Source: Nymphaea colorata
Lineage: Eukaryota
Reading direction: 5' to 3'
Length of the DNA: 64,000 nt
Assembly (NCBI RefSeq): GCF_008831285.2
Contig: NC_045138.2
Span: forward strand, 1,054,001 to 1,118,000
Both the position numbers and the translations under genes were made by a program. Below the pieces are notes generated by a model. That model had not been told where the DNA came from and did no database searches. It worked only from the letters and a program-made list of their open reading frames with translations. Below, piece by piece: positions 1-11,805 of this stretch (the stretch's first letter is position 1; the number at the start of each line of letters is the position of its first letter).

Positions 1-257
1 ACCATCTATACAATCCCTAACCTAGCGAGCTATGCCATGCTCCTTCTTCTTATGAACAAGTACCTATTATGTCTTGCTTATAACAGCCATGAACACAAAC
101 TGAATTACTCATTAATTAAATTTATGAATTGAAGAACACTTTACTCGAAAGGCCTCATGAATTACATTTAATGACAAAAAGACTCCATTTATTTCTAATT
201 TATTCAAATTCCTCCGTACAATTAGTCAAGAAACAGTGTCAAGCAAGGTAAGAGACA

Positions 258-3005
258 TCAATTGAATCTGGAGCATACTCTTCTGATTTCACCCTGGGAT
301 CCGGTTTTTACACCGACCCGACCCATCTTCACCATTGCATTCGCGAAATCTCGATGGAAGGATGAACTGGACAAGTCGGGAACGGACCCGCCGCGCAGCC
401 CAAAATACGAATCCACGACCCGTCGGGTGGACGGGTCCTCGTAGAGTTGTGCATCGGATGCGAGAACCGCGAACCCGAACCGGATATTGTTGAGGATGTT
501 CTTGTCGAACGAAAACTCGCTTCCCTGATCCAAAGGCAGCCGGACATTGACGTCGCCGTTCGCCGGGCAGGTTAATTCCAGTGCCGGCAGGAACGCCGGA
601 TTTATGGAGCGGTCGGACCCTCCGGCGGGAGTGAATGCATAGAGGCGCTTGGTCATAAAGAAACATGCCGCCGTGCCTATGCTGTGCCCCCCTGCCAAGT
701 TTGGTAAATTGATCAAGTTTAACCACTTACATGGAATTTCAAAAAACTCAAGAATGAAAATGAGAAGCTCATTTCAGGCTCGATCGGCCCAAGCTAAAAA
801 AAGAAAAAAAAACTGGTTCTGGTTCCATTTGACTTGATTTATTTTTTATATTATTTTTAATGATATATATTTATTATTAAAATATATTTTATATTAAAAA
901 AATTATTTTATATTTTAACTTTTTTTTTTTATTTTAACTAGGTTGAGCTGGGCCTGGTTTCAGGTTTTTAGCATCAGAACCACTTGCATGGAATTTCAAG
1001 AAACTCAAGAATGAAAATGAAAAGCTCATACTACAGTTTAAAAATTAAAATATTACGAAAACATGTCTGCGTGAGCAACTTTTTTGAAATATATATAGAA
1101 TGACGCATCAGATGGAAAAACTGCTTCACTGAAATAATTTTCAAACTCAAGCCCGGTTTCCTTTGTATCAATGATATTTTGGCTTTTGTCAAAATTTTGA
1201 AATTATAACTCGATTTTCTCATGAAATCTGACGAAAATTTTTTGTCACTGCCCTTAACCAGGGCAAAGTCAAGGTAGGGTCTGCATAGGCCCTGGCTCCA
1301 CCTCAACAAATTTTTTTTTTTTAAAAGTTTACATGCAAATTTAAAAAAAATTCATTTGTTCTGCATAAAAATTTGTAAAAAATGATATTTTGCTCCTATT
1401 CAAAATTTAATAACTGTAATTCGACCCGCCTCATGAAAAATTTCTATCTTTGCGCTTGCCCTTAAGTAGTATTAGTGTTATTATGTACCATCCCGCATTG
1501 CCTAATTAGACGCTGCATCAGCTGAAATTTGAATATATAATTTTTCACAGTTTCCAATACCAGATGAAAACCAATATCACAACATTTAAGTTCAACACAT
1601 TGAGTCAAGTACCAAGAAGAGTTTCCTTTCCATGCAAGAGTTCTTCCCTCAGTTAATGTAGCGGGTCCTTCTAGTTCATAGAATAGTCATTAGCATCATG
1701 CTTTGGTTGAAGAGAAAAGTGAGCTCCTTATAGCTTACTCAAGCAGCCAGCCTCACTAGTTGAGCTCTGCTTTATATAAAATTCACATGGCATTGCAATT
1801 AATATCTACAACTACTTTTTTTGACTCTTCCTTGCAATTCTACATGTTTAAAATTGCAATCTAATTCAAGCATGTAAACAGCATTCAAACATAAATCTTT
1901 CTATTTTCCTTCCCAATTTGATTAATTTTTTTGCAAATATTGAACTTAAGAAAAAGGGAAATTCAATGGTTTAGCTTTTTAAATCTTACAATCCATTGTT
2001 ATTGTTGTTGAAAATGTGAATTTCATTATGTTTTTATCAGCTTTTTGTTTACTTTTTACCTGCGCTTAGAAGAACCAAGTCTGAAGCAGAGAGTCCCTTT
2101 GCTGCAAACTTCGCCTTGAGGACACTGATGGGGTCATTAACATCAGGCATTCTGCTAGCATCAGAAGCCACAGAAGCAAGGCCATCTCTTCTCCCTGTTT
2201 CAACTTGATAACTTGGCCCTCCACTCTACAATTCAAAAGAAATTTCTCTTACTAACTCTGTTAGCACAACAAGTGAGACTGAGATTGAAGCTAAGCTGCC
2301 TTAGTGCAGGAAGTGAATGTTCAGTATGAGTGCATGATGCAGCATGTTACCATGGAAACAGAGTCCCTCGCCGCCAATGCCACTATGTCCGAGCACGAAA
2401 CAACGCCGGGGCACACCTGTTCCAGCTGAGATTTCGCAGCATCGATCACGTCGAACCCCCTTAAGCCTGCATGGGCCCGGCTGGTCTTCTCGGAAGTCGG
2501 CCCATCAATCAGAATAGACCCTTCACATCCCTGAACAAAAGTAAAAGGAAATCTGAGGTTTTCTAAACCATTAATCACGTAAATGGAGCTGTACTGGTGA
2601 AAGCAGAATCGAGAAATTTCAAGAAATATGCATGGTGGAGTCAGAAAATTTTTCTCAAGGGGCACTGATTCAGAGATTTTCATACATAAAAGGGGCATTT
2701 ACATGTATAACAAAGTAAATATTAAAGAAAATTAGTGTAAACATAAAGAAAATTGAGAAGCTGGTGTGGGCAACTGGCCACACCAGCCACTGGAAATATG
2801 CCTGAACAAAGCAGTCATGGAAGTGGAGGCGGAGTAGGGGAGCAGTGATGGTCCAGTCGAAAGTCATGGCGGCTCGAACGGCGGATCTAACTATGGACTC
2901 GGCAGCAGGGCAGGTAGAGGAGTAGAAACCCACTTGAAGGGATCCCCATGAATGATCCAGCAGCAAGCTGATGGAGCAGAGAAGAATTATAGCTCTTCTG
3001 GCCAT
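258..3005 (-). CDS. Class III secretory peroxidase, peroxidase 43-like; exons 3005-2802, 2530-2351, 2225-2060, 691-258 (327 aa)
   Basis: Signal peptide, distal His motif [12 protein letters not shown], then [30 protein letters not shown], proximal His [11 protein letters not shown] and C-terminal [11 protein letters not shown]. Exons of 204/180/166/434 nt join in frame. Intron 1 donor is GC. Exon 4 resembles recalled Arabidopsis PER43. Confidence 0.93.
1260..1461. mobile_element. ~200-bp MITE-like element (AGGGC...GCCCT ends) in peroxidase intron 3; related copies at ~23098-23287, ~25051-25243, ~48243-48398
   Basis: Shared GC-rich left end (aggtagg...ggctccacc), shared AT-rich body (aaaaatgatatttt...ctcatgaaaaa) and short inverted termini. 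No clean TSD seen. Confidence 0.55.
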
Positions 3006-3059
3006 TTGAGCTAAAGATTGAGGGAGGAGCACCAGGGAACGCCACCTTGGTGCAGCTCC

Positions 3060-3068
3060 TTATATAAA
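3060..3068 (-). promoter_or_regulatory. Putative TATA box of the peroxidase
   Basis: TTTATATAA on the minus strand about 55 nt upstream of the ATG. Confidence 0.5.
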
Positions 3069-3606
3069 CAAAAAGAAGCAAAAGACAATGTTGAACAGTG
3101 ACGAAGGCCATGAATTCAGTGGAATTTTGTATTCTAAATGCATTACTTGTAGGATGTTGCGTAAAAGGGAAATTAGTTTATATTCGGTTTTCAAAGAAAG
3201 TGGTGAATGGTGCCTGCCTGTGATATTTTCATCAGGATAAAACTTTTTTTTTCCCTCTTTCTATGTGAGGATATAATATTTTTCTTTGAAGAAAAAGGAT
3301 GACAAAAAAAAAACCACTAAATTTATCAACAAGTGTGGTTGCTTTTTCTTATTGTAATTGGTCTGCCCCTCTTTTGGTTAGGCCCCTTTAGCAAAAATTG
3401 CACCGGTAAGTGTATTTTTAGTAGATGGGTATATTTACAATATTCCTTTCAGAAGATATGTAACTTAATTAGTTATTTTAAACACTTATATGAAGACGCT
3501 GAAATCATGGCCGCCCGATGCATGACATTGTACGGACATGATTAAGCACACGACCCGATGCACACACGGTGTTTGAGTTTTGAAGACTGCTTCAAAACTT
3601 ATTTTT

Positions 3607-3653
<47 letters not shown>

Positions 3654-4209
3654 TTTTGGGGGTTACATTTAAATTGTTCTATTATTTTTAGGTTAAGGCT
3701 CCTTCAAATACCATCCTGCTCAATGGGCTTGTTCTTTCATAAGCATGGTACGGGGACCCTTTCATTTTAGAAATTTAGAAATTTTTATCTTTTAAAAAAT
3801 ACAAAAATATAAACAGGTCCCTCAAAAAATTTGCCAAAAAATATCAATACGTGTCATGAATTCTTACATTCCTCAACCTTCTGCTTAGGTTAAGCAGACA
3901 CCCCATGTTCTGATCTTCCTCAACTCTTTAAGGGACATTAATTTGCTCTATTTCTGTGCAAGCTATTCAGGTCAGATAGATCCGGAAAAGTGGACGGCAG
4001 TTTTACGCAGTTTAGTGGATGGTTTCAACCATTTTCCAAGGAAAATGATAAATTTATACTTGGGATCTTTCAAAGGTTTAAATAATTCAATGCGTAGTGT
4101 CCGTATCCTTTGGCATAATTTTAGTAGTAATTGTCTGCCTAACTCTTGAGAATTCAAATTGTTTGACTAACTCTTGAGAGTTCAATAAGTCCTCAGTCTG
4201 CCGAACTCC

Positions 4210-4811
<602 letters not shown>

Positions 4812-6953
4812 GAAGACAGAGTAACTGACAAACAGATCACTTGGGTAAGAAATAAAAACCAAACCTCTTAAATTCATGTTCAAAAAAAGTGTTTCAGACA
4901 AAATGTTAATCTTTTAATATATTTTTAACTACTAATTTAATATAAATCATGTTTTAATTCAAGTCATTTTCGTAAAAATAATTGATCTTGGTAAGCAGTT
5001 CATTTTTTAACTATTAAAAAACATTAACGTAAGTAAGAAAACGACCTACTTATATCTATGGAATCACTGTTAAGAGTTCATGTCTGTGGAATCACTCTTA
5101 AGATCAAATCCCCTCTTAAGAGATCATATCAATTGTAATTAACCATGCAAATGGCTAGATACAATGCATTAGATATCACACTTAAGATCAAATCACTCTT
5201 AAGAGAGCATATCTATTATAAAATTAACAAATCCAAAAATAAATAAGAAAATGGTTTAAACCATCGATATATTTTCGGCTAGCAGGTGGCGCAAATCCGT
5301 GAGGTCACTCGATTTCCAAAAGATAAATCCAATGTGTGTATGTCTTCCTTCTCTATCTTGATTTAGTAAATTAAAAATGAATTAAACCTGTAAAAATATC
5401 ACATGATTTTCTTAACTAATTTTATGAATTTTACGTTTATACTTTTAGTTGCATTCTTATTGTTCAAAGTATGCTTTTACTTGAGCATACTTTTATCTCC
5501 TGGTGTGGAAAAAACAAACTTAACAAATGTACAATATCTTCAATTCAATCTTTATTTGCGGTGAACTTCGTCCAGCCATCGGTGATGCAATGTTCTTGAA
5601 GCACTGAACTCACACCAGCATTTTTGTTTATTCCACCCGTTTCAACAAGCCTTCAACATTTTCTCCCAGTGAATCTCAACAATAAGAAATATCTGTTGCG
5701 GGAGGGTCGGTTCCTGCCTCTTCTTGTCTCTTATGATCTGCATGGATTTGTGGAACAAATATTTGCCAACCAAGATTCACTGAGAAGGAATATAAAACTC
5801 GAAAGACATAGACCAGATTAGATTAGATTAATCTTTTGTTGAACTAGATAGTTTCTTCTCTGCTTGAGGTTTATGCTTAAATTAATGATATGTATAGTCG
5901 ATGACAAACATCACAGACAGTTTGAACAAAACAAAAAAACAAACACCAAACAAGACAAATAGAATAGACAGATCGGACATGACAGAAACAAACATCAAAC
6001 AGAATGGACAGAACAGACATATATGAAACAAACGCCGGACAAGAAGAACATAGTGTTCTATTCCAGGACGTCCTGTCTGTCATGTCCTAATGGACAGCAA
6101 TCAAACGACCTCTCACGGTCCATGTTTGAAATTATCCCATGCATACCCTCTAAATCTTGAATAAAGCATCTAAAAAAAACAACTCCCATTTTAAATGAAA
6201 GTTGAGGGAAACTATGAAGCCATGAAGATGTCTATTCTCTTAAAAGGAACACAAAACATAAATTAAGAAAATTTAAATGCAAAGACTCACACTTTAATAT
6301 TAAAACCTAAAATGTCCATACGTCTTAACAAAAACATCAAACGACAGGCAATTTTCCTCACACATATATAGCTCCTAAATTTTGGTTCTAGTATTTTATA
6401 TCAGAGTTTTCAAACAATGGAAGATATGAGGGGGGTTTTTTCATCAAATTTACTCTCTGAAACATAGCACAAGTTTAAATTAGGAAAATTTGAATAAAAT
6501 GTCTTGGATTAGAAAAACTTAGATTCGAATACTCTCACTTCGGGTCATACAGCTGGTAGTGCCAAATATTAGACAACATTTGATGCCAATAATAATATTA
6601 AAACCTAAAATTACCATCCTTGTTTTCGACACATTGAAACATGAGCTTTTTTACTTCTACCTCTATTGTTGCCTAAAATATTATTTGTGGTATCTTTTCT
6701 TCTCAGATGTTTTTTTTTTCTTTAAATTTGATTGCTGAAGGACGAATTCCAGTGTCCTACTGAGCTTGCTAAGGCTGATCTCAAGTTTTTCCAATCCCAG
6801 GCTTGCGAATGTATGACAGATGGTGAAGGCGCTCTTCACTTGCTTTTTTCAATCCCAGGCTTCACTTCATCATTTTTACTTGAATTTTTTGTGATTTTAA
6901 TTATATACTTTTTTGCTATTAGATTGATTTGAGTATAAAGAATGCCGGCATAA

Positions 6954-7192
6954 GCCAGAAGGGGCGTAGCGAGTTGGTCAGGCTAGAGGCTTGTATAAGG
7001 CAGGTCTCTAGTTTGATTCCCGTGGGTGTTATGCTTATGTGTCTTAAGGTTGTAGGGCGCGACATCCAAGTTGAAGGGTGTTCCGTTCTATCACTGACAC
7101 TAACGCAACTTAAGACCCCAGAGGTAGGGAGAATGGGAGGAGGGCCTTCGAGCTTCGCTTCAAGCGATGAGATTGACCCTCTCGCTTACCCG
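6954..7192 (+). mobile_element. tRNA-derived SINE
   Basis: Flanked by a 17-bp direct repeat AAAGAATGCC(G/A)GCATAA (6937-6953 and 7193-7209). Pol III A-box-like TAGCGAGTTGG at 6967-6977 and B-box-like AGTTTGATTCC at 7010-7020. GC-richer than the flanks. Confidence 0.8.
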
Positions 7193-8649
7193 AAAGAATG
7201 CCAGCATAAACGTAACATATAGTCCCACACAAAAGATCCATGCCTGGAATCCCTAATGTGATTCCCCATAGCACTTCTAATTGTCAATCGAAAAACAGTC
7301 ACATGATGTGTTTACCCTGTGTGATGTGCTCTATCAATAGCTTGATCTTCAATCATTTGGTTCAACCATAGGTCCAACAAGGCAATATGAACCATGTTCA
7401 CACCATTCACACCTGTTCACAGAAAATCGCATCTCGAATATGTAAATATATGGTCATTAAGTAACAGTAAATTTATATGAACATTATAGGAATCAGGTCT
7501 CTAGAAGGGTCTCGAATTCTCTGATCTCTAGCAGCTAAAGTCATTTCCATTCAACTCTTCCTTCGTAATTCATAGATAAGTTCTTCAACGAAATTTCTAG
7601 TGTGACCCAATTTTTGTTTCTGGCATGACATATGTGTGAGGCTAAAAATTTCATTGAAGAACTCAATCGTGAATAGGAAAGACCATGAATTTGAAACACT
7701 TGATCGGCAGAGATTTTGAAACACGTCTAGAGGTCCGATGCTTGTTATATAACCAAAAATCATATTATCTTGATGTGCTATTGACCGAGCACATCATATA
7801 CACAGTGCAACCACATCATGTGACTGTTTCTCGATTGACAATTAAGAGTGCCATTCATAATCTCATTTGAAGGGTACGAGTGGCGGCGGGCGATCTTGTT
7901 CAAACCATTCACTCCTCTTCAGAAAATGGTTTCTCAAATATGTAAGTAATATAGTCATGCACGATGGTAAAAAAAAAAAAAAAAAAATCTTACAGTTAAA
8001 ATTTTGCCATATGAGCATTAGCAACTACATCATAGCAACGGTGTATGCTATTTCTAATGATAGTTTATGGTGCTTTGATTGATATGCTTTAAATATTTAA
8101 TCTTCCAACAATATATGGTTAATTTCAATTTTCTATACTTGATTATACTTGGTGCTTGAGTTTACCTAAACTGAGTTTGAGCTCGGTCATGCTCAATTAC
8201 AAAGAAGCCAAGCTCGAGCTCAACTTGATATTGTGCTAAGATCAAAGCCATGGTCCCCGGCCAGCTCATCTTGTCTGCAACCCTATTCCAACACCAATTT
8301 ATCTGTACCAATTAACATATTAGTTTAATATATTCCAAACCACATCTCAACAAAAATGAAACCATTATGTTATTGCAAAGTTTATTCTAAATAAACCATA
8401 TAAACTTGCTAACACGTCTATAGAATAGCCGTTTAACGTAATACATGATTTAATTCAAGTTGTCATTAGAAAACGTTTACCTCTTTTACCATCATAGTTT
8501 TGACATTACAAGAACCATTAAGCTTTTGACGATCACAAAAACACAAGTTAAAGTTAATAACGATTGACCTATTATATAAAAGTTGATAGTTAATTTCACT
8601 TGGTTCGGTTTAGCTTCTGACTTAAATGGTCCACATATAAATATATATA

Positions 8650-8764
<115 letters not shown>

Positions 8765-9451
8765 TAAAAACGGAGTGGAATGTTTTCTCCTTTAATCAAG
8801 AAACAATTTTTTGTTGCTTCAAGTCGGGTTAGCTTAAACCGAACGTGAGTTCGGAGGTCAAAAACTTGGGAACTCTGCTGGCTTTGTTTATTTTTTCATG
8901 AAAAGGTTACTTATTTCTTATTTTTTGCCTCGTTAGCTAAGCAAATAGCCGCATTGCCAACTAAACAGCAAAATTAAGCTATGATAATTAACCGACTATT
9001 TTATGAGCAGTTTATATCTTAGAGGGCAAGATATATGCTTTGTATCGCTCTCTTTCTACCCTTCTCCCATCTGAACAGTACTATTGTGTCTATAAGGGCC
9101 TGTTTGATGGGCGGGTGAAAGTGGGCGGGGGAGGAAAAATTTGTACGGGCGGGTGAAATTTCACCCGCCCGGTTGAGAACCCATCAAACGGGGTGGAATT
9201 CCACCCGTTTAACCGATGAGGGAGCGGGTGGAATTCCACCCGCTCGAAAGTCCGAGCTTACCCATCATAATCTTCCGCAGTGCTCGAAGTCCCTCCGCAA
9301 CGCTCGACCTCCCTCCGCAGCGCTCGAAGTCCCTCTGCAACGCTCGACCTCCCTCCGCAACTCCTCCTCCCTCGTGCCTTCTCACTGCCAAGTCTCACCG
9401 TCGACCGTCGCAACACTCTCAAGCGGCCGGCGTCGGACATTTTTCTGCCGG

Positions 9452-9493
<42 letters not shown>

Positions 9494-9771
9494 GGTCGCT
9501 AGCTGCCCACATTTCCCCCCTTTCTTCCGCACATTTCCCCCCCTTTCTCTGTGCTGGGTAGCACCCTCAAACGCCCCCATTTTTTTCCCCCCTTGAACGC
9601 CCGGCAACGGACATTTTTCCCCATTTTTCTTTCTGCCTCACAGTCCCAACTTCTTAGACTGAAACCATACGTGGCTGAAGTTATCTTTGTGCCTCATCGT
9701 CCGTGCCTACTCACTCTATTTGGGAGTAGTTAATGATGGCAAAGGAACAACCATGAGAACACGCAATCGAT

Positions 9772-10380
9772 TTGGGAACCTCCCCATCCGGCGAATTCCA
9801 AAAAATCCAAATCCAAAGAGATGACACTGTTAGACGCCATAATCTTCACTCCTCCATTTCCGCTTTTTGTATCTTTGATTTGTGTGGTTCTTTTGTTTTT
9901 GTTTTCTTTAATTTCATGTTTTGTTTCTCTTGTTGGGTGTTCACATTTCTTGGTTTTGTTGCTGCTATGTCCTTTATTTTTCATTTATGTTCCAAGTTTG
10001 TGGTCATTGTGGGTGTTCGCTTCGTGCCTTTTTGCTTTCTCCACGATTGTGCGAAAAGCTCAAGTTTTCTAATTATATGCGGCAGTCTGTGTAAACGAGC
10101 AGCTAAGTAATAGAAGAATTGTAGTTATCCTTATCGTTCTTGAAGTTCTGCAGTTTACTTCGAAGTTTTTGATCTTGGTGTTATTTTATTTAGAGAATGG
10201 AAATGGAGAACAATTTCTGCTTTCTTGCTGTTTCTGTTCCGTGATCCCACGCCTTTCCACTCTTTGTTCTTGGTAAGATATCTGTATACAATCGACATTG
10301 ATTATGTTTGGCAGGAGTGGTGGGGTGTTGATTTTGAGATAAAAAACCATGCTCGCCATATTGTTAATCTGGAACCTGGT
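9772..10380 (+). pseudogene. Captured exon fragments of a dienelactone hydrolase / carboxymethylenebutenolidase-like gene inside the PIF element
   Basis: FQKIQIQRDDT (9796-9828, followed by GT) and QEWWGVDFEIKNHARHIVNLEPG (~10312-10380) match the recalled N-terminus of plant dienelactone hydrolase family proteins (FRKIQIQRDDT...QEWWGVDFEIKNHA...LEPG). The rest of the gene was not found. Confidence 0.8.
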
Positions 10381-10636
10381 ATTACCAATATTTGTAACAG
10401 TGCCGAGTGAGATTCAGTTTTCTTAAAACCTGCGATAGTCCCTGTCTCTGTCTGAAAACCAACATTCACAATCTTGAGCACTAAAGTGTTATAGTGTGAT
10501 CAAGGGGCCTTGTGCTACTAAGTGAATAACAGGGGACGTCTTCTCATGAAGAAAACTAGATAAGCTGGTTGAACTCAACATGACACATACAACATGACAA
10601 ACTAGAACATGACTAACTAGTTGCCTTGTCATATAG

Positions 10637-11482
10637 AATTGTTTAGGAGCAATCGATGGCACACATATACTTGCTTGGGTCCCTTTTTCAGATCAAGCAA
10701 GGTTTCGCAATAGAAAAGGTTTCGTTTCTCAAAACGTCATGGCTGTAGTCGGCCTAGATACTAGATTCCATTACGTTTTGGCCGGATGGGAAGAAAGTGC
10801 AACAGACTCAAGAGTATTGTACAATGCACTAGATCATGAAACAAACCCATTTGTTGTCCCAGAAGGTACGTAGTTCCACCAACCAGTTCAGTCTTTTATT
10901 AAGAAGCATGTATCAATGTATAAATAAATTGTGTTCAATTGTAGGCAAATTTTATCTGGCTGATGGGGGGGTATCCAAACATTGTTGGTTTGCTTACACC
11001 TTATCGAGGACATCGTTATCATATGTCTTGAGTTTAACACTCGGGGAGCACGGTCACCTAGAACAGAAGAAGAATTATTCAACCATAGGCATTCATCACT
11101 CCGAAATACAGTAGAAAGAACTTTCGGCATGTTGAAAGGTCGTTTTCCAATATTGAAAATGCACGTTTAGTATCCTTTCCAAAAACAAGCTCAAATTGTT
11201 CTTGCTACATGTGTACTGCACAACTTCATAATTGAACACAATCCAAACACCGAGCAATTTGATGATGAAGATGCACATTCGATTGATAATTTCGTCTTAA
11301 GCGAACTTGAAATTGCAAGCCAAACACATCAGCGAGGAAACAACAATGCTTTGAGAGCAGCTATATCATCTCAAATGTTTACAGATTATCAATTGAATAG
11401 TAAGTTTGTTTATAAATGTTGACAACTTCTTCAGTTTGATTGTCTGACATTTGTTTTCTTTTCAACAGGACAACGAAGATGA
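10637..11482 (+). pseudogene. PIF/Harbinger (HARBI1-like, DDE_Tnp_4) transposase, 5'-truncated and disrupted
   Basis: Motifs NCLGAIDGTHI, RFRNRKG, SQNVMA, VLAGWEESATDSRV; after intron 10866-10944, KFYLADGG-YP, TPYRGHRYH, ELFNHRHSSLRNTVERTFGMLKGRFPIL and CVLHNFI. Two +1 frameshifts (~10971, ~11028) and an in-frame TAG at 11168-11170. Predicted last intron 11400-11468 gives a ...NRQRR-stop end. N-terminal half not found. Confidence 0.9.
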
Positions 11483-11805
11483 TGCCCCGCCAAAAGTACT
11501 ATGTGGTTTTCGAAGGACGTGAGCGAGGCATATATGACAGCTGGGAGCGGTGCCAACCATTAGTTTATCGGTACAAGGGTGCCATCTTCAGATCGTTTGA
11601 TTCATTAGAAGTAGTAGAAAATCACATGCATGAGTATCTCCAGAACAAGTATGGTGTGCAAGTACGCAGGTCTCCACTCATTGAAGATGTCATCGCAAAG
11701 CAAGATATAAAAGACACGAAGTTTGAAGAACGAAAGTGCAGCCAGAAATGTTGGATTACTTGTTTTGTGATTACATGTTTTATTTGTTGGATATGTACTC
11801 ATTAA
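11479..11805 (+). CDS. 108-aa ORF with an RNase H1 N-terminal (hybrid-binding / Cauli_VI-like) domain and a hydrophobic Cys-rich C-terminus
   Basis: KYYVVFEGRERGIYDSWERCQPLVYRYKGAIFRSFDSLE fits the recalled pattern (F/Y)YAVxxGRxxGIYxxWxxCxxxVxx(F/Y)xGAx(F/Y)KSFxx. ORF is uninterrupted. Expression unknown. Confidence 0.72.
   Translation: MMPRQKYYVVFEGRERGIYDSWERCQPLVYRYKGAIFRSFDSLEVVENHMHEYLQNKYGVQVRRSPLIEDVIAKQDIKDTKFEERKCSQKCWITCFVITCFICWICTH

Noticed and set aside
6954..7030. Possible tRNA gene
   Set aside because: A/B boxes are present, but there is no convincing cloverleaf or poly-T terminator and the unit is TSD-flanked, so it is called a SINE.
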